64,000 nt of DNA from NCBI GenBank assembly GCA_002269645.1, contig NIVC01000412.1, forward strand, positions 930,001 through 994,000, given 5' to 3'. The notes below the pieces were generated by a model that saw nothing but the letters and a program-made list of their open reading frames with translations, did not search any database and was not told the origin of the DNA. The position numbers and the translations under genes are program-made. Numbering within the stretch: the first letter of the stretch is position 1; every line of letters starts with the position of its first letter. Positions 51,556-62,965 of this stretch are shown here, in pieces. The DNA is from Macrostomum lignano. Its lineage: Eukaryota.

Positions 51556-52792
51556 GTTTGTACCCTCCCAAATCCTCAGTTGCTGGGCCAGCCTCCCAGA
51601 TCCTCAGTTGCTGGGCCAGCCTCCCAGATCCTCAGTTGCTGGGCCAGCCTCCCAGATCCCCAGTTGCTGGGCCAGCCTCCCAGATCCTCAGTTGCTGGGC
51701 CAGCCTCCCAGATCCCCAGTTGCTGGGCCAGCCTCCCAGATCCTCAGTCACTAAGCTGGCTGAAGTCCCTACTCTGCAATTTCATCTGTGTCAGGACTCA
51801 CTTCGATTGGTCTTCTTTTTTATTCGATACATCAATATTTTAAGGTTTTTTGCTTTTACTCTTTATAATTCCAAGTATTATTGTTGAACTTTTCGTTCGA
51901 TAGAATTATAAATTACACTTTAGTCATGCTTTTGTAGTCTTCCATATATTTGCGAACAATTTTAGCGTTTTCATTATAATTTCACATTCATCGGTTTGTC
52001 TGACATCATTGATCGCTATACTCGTAGTTATGTGCCAAATTTTCTCTAATTAAAACGCTGCAATTTATCTAGCAAATTTTCATTAACAATTATTTTCATA
52101 ATTAAATTATAATAGGTTGTACAGCAGAATTCTGTCAGAACACTTTGCCTGAGTATTTAATTAATTTCCAAGCTAACAAAAAGGTAATTTTGTTGTTTTT
52201 TGACGTAGGAAATGGTTGACGTGTGTCTCCTGCAGATTGCCGCGTTGATGAGGCAGCTGGTCCTGGCATTAGCGCCAGCGGATTATCGGGCGCTAATCCC
52301 CTGCTTGTCCGATCAGCATGGGCTGGGGAGTCCGTGGGATAGACAGATAGATCACTGCGACTCCGTACCCCCGCTGGGGAATTTCCGGCTGAGAAGCAGA
52401 GAGAATGCTATGCATTCTATATGTTTAGATAAAAAACATGGAATTGGATGTGGCACAACTGCCGAGGCAAGATACGGCACGGTAAGCCCCTGTCGTGACA
52501 GCTGTGGCGGAGGTTCTGCTGATACAAAATTTATACATACTATAAATAATAATAATGAAGCAGTCTTTGCTGATACTTTCGGTTCGACTCGCTGAAAACA
52601 TTGAACAAAAACACATTGAAACAATTTTCTCGCGCTTCAGCTTTGAGCATTGGACGTCGAGTAGGGATCCGTGTCTGTTTATCAGCTTTCTTCTCAATTC
52701 TGAGATGAGAAGTCAGCATGTCTGACTGTGATTCCACAAACAAAGGGGGGCAGACACTGTGAGTAAGACACAGAGTGCATGTGGATTTGCCA

Positions 52793-53057
52793 ATAATAAT
52801 CATAATTGGTTACACCTATCCAAAGGCAAATCCAAAGGCTGCGTACGGCTGTTCAGTCCAAGGACTGGGGGGTCGCCACACACACCCTCAATTACCCCAG
52901 CCAATGCTAGCACCCATTTTACAGCTGGGTGAACTGAAACAATGCAGAGTTAAGTGTCTTGCTCCAGGACACAAATTGTTCCAGTGGGATCAAAGATCGA
53001 ACCCCCGACCTTCAAGTCGTGAGCCCGACGCTCTAGCCACTAGGCTATACAACCCCC
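52793..53057 (-). mobile_element. tRNA-derived CORE-type SINE
   Basis: The - strand reads gggggttgtatagcctagtggctagagc (A box)..ggggttcgatc (B box)..tgtgtcctggagcaagacacttaactct..cagctgtaaaatgggt (like the MIR CORE domain as recalled)..(ATT)n tail. Confidence 0.78.
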
Positions 53058-56000
53058 TGCACAACCATTTGCCACTGCACATCCAGTGTATGTCTTATCG
53101 TGCTAGTCAGTTGAATGGGATTGTGACGGTCGAAGTCTGTCTTCAAGATGGTGATTACGAAATGGAGTGCAGGCGTTTCAATAAGCTTCCTTTTAGCGCT
53201 GTTAATTGGCATCGTCAGCAGCTGTCTCTGCTAAGGTTTCGGAGGCCTGCGGGTAATTAGTTCAAGCCTCATATCAGCTGCCAGTTCGGGTATTTTCTGT
53301 TCTGTCCTATGGAGGGCGAAAGACTGCAGTCTGCAGTTCTGACTGCATGAAAACCCTTCGCGATGCTGCCAGCGTACGAGTAAAACCTAAAGGAACTCGT
53401 CATCTTGTTAGTAAGGTTGCAACAAGCTACATTTGGAAAATACTACGGAAGATCACGAGGTTTGTCTTGTAGCACCTGGGAAGTTCTCCAATACAATTCT
53501 CCGAACTTAAATATCTAGGAACCAATAGAACTTGATGGTGAACTTTATAATTGACTTAGCACGACCAGAGTCCATCTGAATGAATGCAATTTCCGATAAG
53601 TGCTGCGTATGGCCATGGCAGGTTCGGCAGGAGTTGGATAAGACTGGCCAAGATTGCATGCTGTCGTCTGCACTGCTCAAATTTCTTTTTAAAAAACATT
53701 ACATGTACTGTACTGAGCGGATGTAATTTCCAGCCGCACTGGAGCGAGACTGTAATTTGAAGCGCTCATCAAAGTTCTGCTCCCTACTCTCCCACTGCCT
53801 AACTTTTATCTGATAAAAATTTAAGTCTTCAAACTGACTGTAATGTAAATTTTCGATTAAAAACACGTCGTTCTTTCAGTTCTTCGTCTATGCTGAAAAT
53901 TGAACTCTGCCGGCCCTTTGAAATGCCCTAAATTGTACGTAGTAAAAACCAAATAGGAAGCATATGGACGCCAGCACTTGGGAATTGCTGCCAAATAGGT
54001 TAGCTAGTTACATATACAATGTTTTCAGGGACTTTGCTCTCTAAATTAGCAAAACCCGTGTCTCACCTTGTGAACTCCTGGGTTGCAACTAAATTAAATT
54101 AAATACATGTGCTTTCTCTGAGTCTGATTCGCCTGTTCAGCAAGTTTCTTTCAGAAATGATCCTCAGCAAACTCTTTACTTGTTCCTAATCTACTAGTAA
54201 AGTTTTGGGTATTAAGGTAAGATAGCGTCTACTTAGCCGAGTTGCAACAAATGCCTTTTTTGGATTAAACAAGATTCATCTACGTTAGCCTTATGGTAGC
54301 TACATGTGGGCTCATCTCTTGCTTAGCACCCCGCGACCTGTTGCAGCCCTTTGACGCCGGCCGATCTTAATTAACCCAATCCAATATCCGGTTCCACTAA
54401 CCAGACACGTGACCCATTACATGTATATTTAATTTCCGCAGTTTCTTTCACCTTTGTTCTTTGTCTTTGTAGAAACGATAAATTAATTATTAGGTAAAGT
54501 TTGAAGTAGCAATTGGGGGGGGGGGTTAAACCATGTCCATATTAAGTCGGGGTCTACACTGTACCTGAGCGTAGGAGGTGTTAACAAGGAATACAATTAG
54601 GAAGATCGATACTGCCCATTCCACTGACTCTGAGCATACAATACTCAAATACTCAACGCGCGCAGGCACGCACTTATACATGTACACACGCTCACACGGG
54701 GTGTGCATGCATGTAAAATTGTCTTGCGATTTTCCAAGCGTCAGGAATCGAACCAAATTCGTGGGCGCTAGAGTGAAACGCGTTTACTAATGAGCTGTTC
54801 TGCCACCTAAACAATACTTGTCTTAAGCCGTCCTCGGGTTACTAATCGAAAGTGACTAGCTTAAGTCCCTCCCCCCAGAAGCGGAAAACTCTGCATACAT
54901 AACTGCTCGCGCCGCAGCTTCTTCCAATAGCACAGTTTTTCTCTCTCTCCTCCTGTGTTTGCCGATGCATAGCGAGTCTTCGTCCCTGACAATAGCTGTA
55001 TAGCCATCTTTGTTTGCTCTCCAATATCCTGAAGCTGTCATGTCATGGCAACTACAACGACGCCCCAAACTGGGCTGGTAGAGTACACTGTTATTTCCAA
55101 GCTGAGCAGCCTTTTATATTCGATAGTCTTTCCACGAAACAGGTACAATTGTTGCAACAGGTTTAGCTTGCCAGAAAGTGATGATTCGCTATAGCTGTTC
55201 CAATTGTAACTATCAAAAGAAGTGCTACATTTTACCAGCAAGCAAGTTGGCAGCGTCACCCTTATGTGCTGTCACGCGACTGGACCCTCAAGTTTGAACT
55301 TTGGCTGAAGCGCTGCACGGGAAAGTCAGTCATAACCCGTTGCAGCCTATGGGGATATATGATCCCTTATGGAATAAAGTTTAACTTTATTTGAGAAGAA
55401 AAACACGCTTGCGTGCACGTCAGATATGGGCTGTCTTTAGTCCTTCCTTGCCGCATTTATGAAGCGACAGAGTCATGACAATCGTCTTCAGAGTTTGAGT
55501 AATTTTTTTCCGATTTCGGACACCTGAACCAGGTATGAAGCAAGATCGTTATTCACTACTAGATACTGGTGGCTTTTTTACGGTTATTAAACAGCAAAAA
55601 ACACACAATTTTATTTCACAATATGCCGCCTGACGCAAACGTGAAGAACAATTCACTGTGACAGACGGAAAGCACAAAACAGCGTGGAGACATTAATGCG
55701 ACAAAATTAGTTCAGGACAAGGACAAACAAATACAACAAGCAAACTGATTTAAACTCAAAGAGCTCATGAGGGATTACTTAAGTAGAATGACGCCACTAG
55801 TGTGGAATCATACTATCATTTTGGTTGCCAACGTAGGCAGTCCACGGTAGAGTTCTTTCGGTCAAACTCGTTTGAGTTAACCGCCGTGACAGGAGGACTT
55901 TATGCAAGTTCCGATTTTAATACTATAAATAACAGCTATACTAAGCACAGAAAATGACGCATCATCGAACTGCAAAGGTCCAGAGAGTTCTGTAAAACTA

Positions 56001-56087
56001 ACAGACGCGCACATCACTATAAGACGGTACGACACAGATCACAAGCGTTTCAGAGTTTTCCTGAACCTCGTGTTGCTGCTTGTTGTT

Positions 56088-57416
56088 TCAGTCATCTTCC
56101 ATGGCTGGCACTTCAGCCGAGATCAGCGCGGCCACTACCTCGCGGCTGTCCCGGTCGGCCACCTCAGTCGACGGCGCAGCCTTTGCAGCTGTTGTTGTCA
56201 TCCGCAGCATCGGCAGCTCTGCTGACTGCTCCGCCTCGGGTCTCCCCTGCTGACGTCTTCGGGCTCTCTTGCCATCGCCGTTGACGCTTGAACCGTTGGA
56301 CGACCTGCGCCACGGACAAGCGTTCATCACGCGGCGTCTGAACGCAGTTGAGGAGATAAAATAAGCCAGAAAGTTGGTGGCATTGTTGGCGAACATAAGC
56401 GTCTTCAGAGCATTGTTTGTGACACCGCTGATCGAGTTTTTATCGCCGTAGACTTTCAGCTTCTGACCAATGGAAGCTGGCAAGGTGGTGATAATGTGGA
56501 TCACGGTGAGCACAGCCAGGATCTTCATGATACTCTCCGGCTTGCGACGAGCAGCCTCTCGTTTCTTCTCAACGTTGCTGGCTGCGTTTCCAGCCGATGC
56601 GCCCTGACGCTTCGGGTTGAGAACCTCCTGGTCAGCCGCTTTGCCCTTATCGGCCCGCTGGTTTGTGGCAGTCGGCTGAGCATGGCGACGCATTGCAGCG
56701 CTCTGACGTCGCATGGCGGTATAGATGTAGATGTTGCAAAACAGCAGAATAGTGTAGGGCAGAATCAGGTAGGTGACCATGTCCAGGTTGATGAAGAACT
56801 TCGCAAAGTCCTGATTGTAGTCGCACTTGTCCACCAGCTGGTAGTCAATGCCAGCTTCCATCTCGGCCAGGTCTGTCTCGTTCTGTTCTGTCAGGCTGGA
56901 GTTGAGCAGCCGGTAGCATTTGCTGGTGTGCAGAAAGAATGACAGCGGCATATTTTTAACCAGCAGCGCCAGCACCATCGCGCCGAACGACAGGCTAAAG
57001 TTGCGAGTAGTCAGAATCTGCTGCACCCGGTACGGGAACGCAACCACGACGAAGCGCTCAACTCCGATGGCGCACAGGGTGTACACAGCGACGTCGCTGA
57101 CCGTGGCCACTACTGGCTGGTGGAAGCGGCAGATAAAAGGGTGCAGATCGCGCAAATCAATGTTAAACGTCTCCCGGATCCAGTAGCGCACCACCGCTAG
57201 GAGGAGGACTCCGCTGTCACTCAGCGCAAGGCAGACCATCAGGAAGCGAGTGGTGACTCGGTTGGACCTCTCCGTGCCTTGGATGTAGGCCGCCGCCAGG
57301 TTGCAGGGCACGCCGCCAACAATGATGACGGCGCCTAAGAGACGAATTACCCACTCAGCGATCTCCGAAGTGTTGTCTTCTGGCCGCTGACGACAGGCTC
57401 CAACTCTGTCATACAT
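56088..57416 (-). CDS. Intronless class A (rhodopsin-like) peptide GPCR, FMRFamide/myosuppressin/Rho-L type, 442 aa
   Basis: Seven hydrophobic segments; LALSD in TM2, ERF at the DRY position, P..N in TM5, TTLP in TM6, NNATNFLAY in TM7; Cys residues in ECL1/TM3 and ECL2. Confidence 0.93.
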   Translation of the reverse strand: MYDRVGACRQRPEDNTSEIAEWVIRLLGAVIIVGGVPCNLAAAYIQGTERSNRVTTRFLMVCLALSDSGVLLLAVVRYWIRETFNIDLRDLHPFICRFHQPVVATVSDVAVYTLCAIGVERFVVVAFPYRVQQILTTRNFSLSFGAMVLALLVKNMPLSFFLHTSKCYRLLNSSLTEQNETDLAEMEAGIDYQLVDKCDYNQDFAKFFINLDMVTYLILPYTILLFCNIYIYTAMRRQSAAMRRHAQPTATNQRADKGKAADQEVLNPKRQGASAGNAASNVEKKREAARRKPESIMKILAVLTVIHIITTLPASIGQKLKVYGDKNSISGVTNNALKTLMFANNATNFLAYFISSTAFRRRVMNACPWRRSSNGSSVNGDGKRARRRQQGRPEAEQSAELPMLRMTTTAAKAAPSTEVADRDSREVVAALISAEVPAMEDD

Positions 57417-58570
57417 CGCGACTAACGGTGGGGTGAATCGGTGTGTCGAGGTTTTAGATTGTTAAAAGACTGCGCCAAGGCTGTTTGACTAGCCCTACAA
57501 GTAGTTATCAGCTTGGACCGAAGACCTGAGAGTGTGACGGCTTCATTAACTAAACATTGCCTTGAAGTCGTCCGTTGTTCTACCACCCATCGGTCTGGCC
57601 TGACAACGCCTCAGCCCCTCCTCTCTATCCAATATTGTGCCTCCCTCTCTGTAAACTCAAAGCAAGTCCCTATTGGCGGAGAACATGGAGGGAGCTCCCT
57701 CATTCCCACAGTCCCCTAACGGAGGATATGGAAAACGGGGAGAATCAGGGTGGGTCCAAGAGAGAGACAAGCCGAGTCTCCGCGGGCGCCCAAGTGTCCG
57801 TACTAGGCGCTTCTGTTGCTTTTGTACTTGACGCTTTCCGTTTTATTGGCAAAAATCCTGTCTTTTGTCTCAACTCGCAGGCAGCCAACCTCAAGCTAAC
57901 AGCGGTAGTTTCTGCCTACCGGTCGGTCTCTCCACTCTCTTTTCTAATGCTAGCGATTCTCAAATGTCCTATTTTCTCGCTCTGGAGCAGTTTCCATAAG
58001 CCCGTGCATCGCATGCTAATTGGAAATTCAGTCAAGCGTTACAGAGATGACAGATATAGAGGCAACCTCACCCTTCAATGCAACTGAGTAATTACATATA
58101 CGACGTAATTACTAATTTCGGATAAAGATTCGAGATATTATGAAGGTGAACGCTAAAATTTAACGATGAAGGCCGGCTACGATCTTGAGGCCGTCGTCTT
58201 TTAAGGCGAAAGTCCCACCTTTAGCGTCTCTACTTATCCACATTTTCTGTCTTTGACTGAAGCTTATCGGAACAAGCAAGATAGAGGTCGAATCCACGGT
58301 TGCAGTAGAAAACCAACAATTAATTTTAATTCTATTCAGTGTCCCCTTTGTCGTTTTATTTTATCTATCAGCTAAAGGTCTCGACTGACTATAGCGCGGA
58401 AATTAATTCAGAGGACTCAGAATTATTGTGGCTTAACCAATTTCCGATTGGATAATTAAATACCGCCCTCAGTATTTTGGCGATCACCAACCCGTATAAT
58501 GACGCATGAACGGCGTAGTTTATAATACAAGTTCAATAAAGTTCGATTGGTGACTATGAAATCAGATGGG

Positions 58571-58890
58571 TGTCTGTGACGTCAGCTTGGTGTCTGTGAC
58601 GTCAGCTTGGTGTCTGTGACGTCAGCTTGGTGTCTGTGACGTCAGCTTGGTGTCTGTGACGTCAGCTTGGTGTCTGTGACGTCAGCTTGGTGTCTGTGAC
58701 GTCAGCTTGGTGTCTGTGACGTCAGCTTGGTGTCTGTGACGTCAGCTTGGTGTCTGTGACGTCAGCTTGGTGTCTGTGACGTCAGCTTGGTGTCTGTGAC
58801 GTCAGCTTGGTGTCTGTGACGTCAGCTTGGTGTCTGTGACGTCAGCTTGGTGTCTGTGACGTCAGCTTGGTGTCTGTGACGTCAGCTTGG
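58571..58890. promoter_or_regulatory. 16 perfect 20-bp repeats, each containing the CRE palindrome TGACGTCA
   Basis: (tgtctgtgacgtcagcttgg)x16 with degenerate flanking units, about 1.15 kb upstream of the GPCR ATG. The repeat is certain; a regulatory role is inferred. Confidence 0.6.
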
Positions 58891-61385
58891 TGTCTGTGAC
58901 TTTAAATTGGTGTCTGAGACATCCGATGGGTGTCTGTGACATCATCAGTTCTTGGGTTAATTTACAGGAGGCATACCGAGTTTAGCGATATTTAAATACG
59001 CAATTAAATTCGTCGAAAAAATAACTCCAACATCACGCTCCTCCCAGCAACTACACGAGCCAATGCAAGGGGTTGCACTTCTGCCGCTGAGCAAGGCATG
59101 GCATAGATCACCCCAACGGTTTGCATAAGCCACTAAGTTCTCGGATGAGAACTAGCCGAAGATGCCTGCCTTTATTTGTCGGCTTCACCCGGCAGATAAA
59201 TCAAGCAGCGCGGGCGTTAAACCTCTGGCTAGGGGATCTACTAAGATTCAGCATTGGTACATATGTGTATATACTGCAACTTTCTGAAAGCTGGCTCTTC
59301 CTCTTCAAAGTGTCGGAGAAAAAGTTTCAAATTTCTCAGCTGACTCTGCAGTCTGCCTGCCTCTCTCCCGCGGGAAGTACTGAATTATATAAATTCGACT
59401 AAAGCGCTGCATGCCGCCGCACCATCCAGCTTCACCCCCCCCGCATCTGCTGTCAGAGACTGGGCACTAAAGCTGGTGTGCAATCTTTCTTTTTCTCTCT
59501 ACACCCTAAAGCCGCGCTGGGCTTGGTCAGAAAATCGATTAGAAGAACACCCCGTCTGACTGGATACTGAGAGATGAGGGAGAGGAGCGAGGCTATAGCT
59601 GAGTCTCCTTCCCAGACCAGCAGGTTGTGGAGTGGCAAAGTTAATGCAACAGTCTAAAGCTGTTCTAAGTCTGCTAAAGCAGAGTAGGACGCAGTCAGTA
59701 TAATTGCATGCAAAAGAGGGAGTGGGCGAATCTCCTGTCCCAATTCTTAACGACCAAAAAAGTTTAAACTTTCCAGCGGCTTTGTGGTTGAGACTTAAAT
59801 CTGGCTGAATAACAGTCCGTACTTTACACTTAAAAGTAGTTCGTGGTGGCTAAATTAAAAAATGCCACCAGCTGTGAATGCAGCTATGTGGATAATTTCT
59901 CTCGACATTTTTATTGTAGTACTCTCGTAGTTTTGCTAAAAGCTAAAACATCAACACTAGCTTTTACAAGCGCCGCCAGCCACACGCTCGCAAGCGCATG
60001 CATTTTTCACGGGCCATGCATTTAAACGCATGGCCCAGTAAAATACAATACATTAAAATTTAATCTATTAAACTGTTTCTAGAGTACTTTTGAGGCATTG
60101 ATTTAACTAAACGAAGCATACTACTATCGTACTACTAATAACATGGCCGGTCAAAATTTACGAAATTCAACTCAAATTTTATTTCCCTACGGTACGTATG
60201 CCCCACCCACCTATCAAGTATCAAGCTGCATGTTTCACACATGAATATTGCTGTCTTTCAATGTCTACAGCTAGGCTCCGATAGAACTGTGTAGCATGCC
60301 CTCGATGCTATCATTATTGTCATTATTAGCAAAAATCATCAAAGCCAAAACAGAAAAGGATTTCATATTTCATATCGCCCAATTCGGTCACTCAACCGCG
60401 AGGTAACGGATCAGGGCGGATCAGGGCGGATGCAATATAAAGCATACCTTTAATCAAAGCAACCATCCAACAACAACGCAATTTCGCCCACAGGAATAAG
60501 AAAAATTATATATTAAACGCAGAAACCGAGGTTGATGCAGCACCAAGAGTCAGACAACGGTGAGTAATTAATAGCTAGCAATATGATAATGTCATCCGGT
60601 ACTGTTCCGCTTTTTCAAAGCTTCCTGTTCCCGAGATTCAAATTTGCGTTCAAATTTTTACGATTAATAAAACAAAACCAATAAGATAGGTACTTATAAA
60701 GTGAATTTAGCATGGGGGTCGCGCTTTTCACTGCGGGCGAGCCGGTGTTTATTTCATTCAACACCCCCCCCCCCTGATCGGCGTGCGCGCCCTGCTGCCC
60801 CACTAGCTAAATATGGAATAGAACTGCTCCTTACTTATCTAACTGTTTCTTGGCACAAGTCCAGATTGTCTTCTAAAAGCAAAACTCGCAGCTTCTAGCG
60901 CAAAGTTTTAGAATAAGAAATCTATGATGAACGGCAACTAAAGCAGGTAAGAAAAAGGAATCCCAGACACCATCGCGCTAGAGTCGCAATCACAGGCAGC
61001 TGTGCATTCGTCAGATTATATTTCAAACGCAGGTACGTAAAAATTGCTTGCAAACGAGTAGAGACAACACAATTTGAAGTGAATATTTGAGCGTGCTCAA
61101 AGACGATGAACTTTGATACGAGTATTTACAATGAAATTTAAACGTGTGCGATAATTACAAGTTAGTAGCTCAACAGACCAGCCATGAGAAGTTGCTCGGG
61201 ACCATGCAGGTCGTAGCCCACCCCGGGTTCGAATCGCCCTTTGAGACGCGCATTCCGAAGCGCATATACAACAATAAAAGACAAAAACATGCAAATGCAC
61301 GGCAAGCCAGCGCCAAAATTTGAAGAAAAAATATCAGCAAAGATCAAAACTATACAAAATGTTTTATCCAAGAAAAATTTGCACG

Positions 61386-61961
61386 TCACAGCCACGCACT
61401 GTCAGCCTCGGGTGCGCAGTCCACCGCGACGCTCACAGCCGAGCTGTAGTACACGGGCTGCTCGGAGTCGCACAGCAGCTTGTAGATTCGCACGTCTCGT
61501 CGGACCTCCCTGCAGCTGTGCGGACACGACACGCCCAGCAGGAAGGTCGGCAGCCTCGGCCGCGTCACGCCTCCGGCGTCCAGCTCGTAGGTCGGAGCGC
61601 AAAGCCTCGGCTTGGCGTCGCTCGCTTCGAACAGCGAGGTCGGCAGTCGGCGATTCGTCTCGGAGACGTTGAAGCTCAGCTTGTGCCGAACGATGACCTG
61701 CTGCAGCTCCGAGAGCAGCTGCGACAGCTCCAGCTCCTTCGTCTGGTTGCTTAGCGACCGCTTCTCGACCAGGAAATCGACGCCGCTTCGACGGCGACTC
61801 GGCGACCAGCCGAGCGACAAGACGGCGAACTCGCGAGGACAAGCGAACTCGGCGAAGCTCGAGTTGACGCTGTCGAAGATCCGGCCGGATCCCGGCGAGG
61901 AGCTGGCGAGCGGCACCAGCAGGCCGCATATAAAAAGTATTAAAGTCGCCGCTGAAGTCAT
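61386..61961 (-). CDS. Secreted cystine-knot-like protein A, 191 aa
   Basis: ATG at 61961 (the track start at 62000 is GTG); signal peptide MTSAATLILFICGLLVPLASS; 6 mature Cys; paralogous to 62966-63541; TATAAA on the - strand about 75 nt upstream. Confidence 0.85.
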   Translation of the reverse strand: MTSAATLILFICGLLVPLASSSPGSGRIFDSVNSSFAEFACPREFAVLSLGWSPSRRRSGVDFLVEKRSLSNQTKELELSQLLSELQQVIVRHKLSFNVSETNRRLPTSLFEASDAKPRLCAPTYELDAGGVTRPRLPTFLLGVSCPHSCREVRRDVRIYKLLCDSEQPVYYSSAVSVAVDCAPEADSAWL

Positions 61962-62031
61962 TTTTTGGGCACAAAGAACTATCGCGAGGGAAGGTTGCAC
62001 AAATTCTATTAAAGATTAGTCTGCTGTGCGT

Positions 62032-62039
62032 ATTTATAG
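62032..62039 (-). promoter_or_regulatory. TATA box of secreted protein A
   Basis: The - strand reads tataaata about 70-80 nt upstream of the ATG. Confidence 0.5.
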
Positions 62040-62965
62040 TGCCCTGGCTGGTTCCCACCCACGGGTTTTGTCTGTCTGGGGGCTGTGGCCCTAATTAATA
62101 AACTACCCGATTCTAACAATATATATTTTCGACCGCATCATAGGACTGAGCTGACGCCCCCGCCCCCATTCAGTTGCTATTTTTGAACATTTACTGCGCT
62201 AAATTTTTAGCCAAAAGTTTCAGCGATTGGACGCTACTGACTGACAGCTGCGCCTAAAGCATTTCGCTGTCCGATGGAAGCAGAAAAGAATTCCGGTGTG
62301 CTTCCAATTGCTAATTATAGCTTTGAAAAGTTCCTTATTTAATCTTGAAATATAATGGCGCCTTTGTTTTGCTCTTTGCGTACACAATTTCACCTCAGAT
62401 GCTTGGTTCTTAAGACACTTCCTTGTTTTATTGCCAATTCAGAAGTATAGATCTATATACATTATCTACGCCTTAGTTCCTACGGGAAAATTAATGAACT
62501 GGTTTGTGCAGTGCCAGGGTGGCGGGGTGAGTGTTTAAACCCCGTCGTTGTCTGTCATTTTGTGCCAAATTCGTGTTTTGTCGCTTGTCCTTTGTCGCTG
62601 GAAACACAAAAAAATAAAAAAACTTTTCCTTTTTTGTTGAGCTCTTTTATTGAGCAGAGCTATTTAAAATGGGCGATGCATTTCAAAGAAATCCAAATAC
62701 GAGTCGTTATATAAAACATTAGCAAAAAGTTTTGAGCTTCAAGTTTCTTGCTGCCACAATTCGGTTCAAGGAAGTTCGCGGAATTAATGGTACAGTTTGT
62801 ATGTCAGCATTACCAAACATTCGAGCCTGTACAGGTATTGATTAAATTCATGCAAGAAGTGGTTAAAATAATAAAACTAAGTACTACTCCTAGATTACGC
62901 AAGATTAGATGGTGGCGTATAAAATAAAACAAAATATTTCAGCTGCAAGAAGTCCGTTAAGTGCG

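Noticed and set aside
58571-58890. CRISPR-like appearance of regular repeats, here and in the other arrays
   Set aside because: Units are contiguous with no unique spacers, there are no cas genes, and the context is eukaryotic.
58935-58950. CTGATGA on the - strand as a hammerhead core
   Set aside because: No stem II followed by GAAA.
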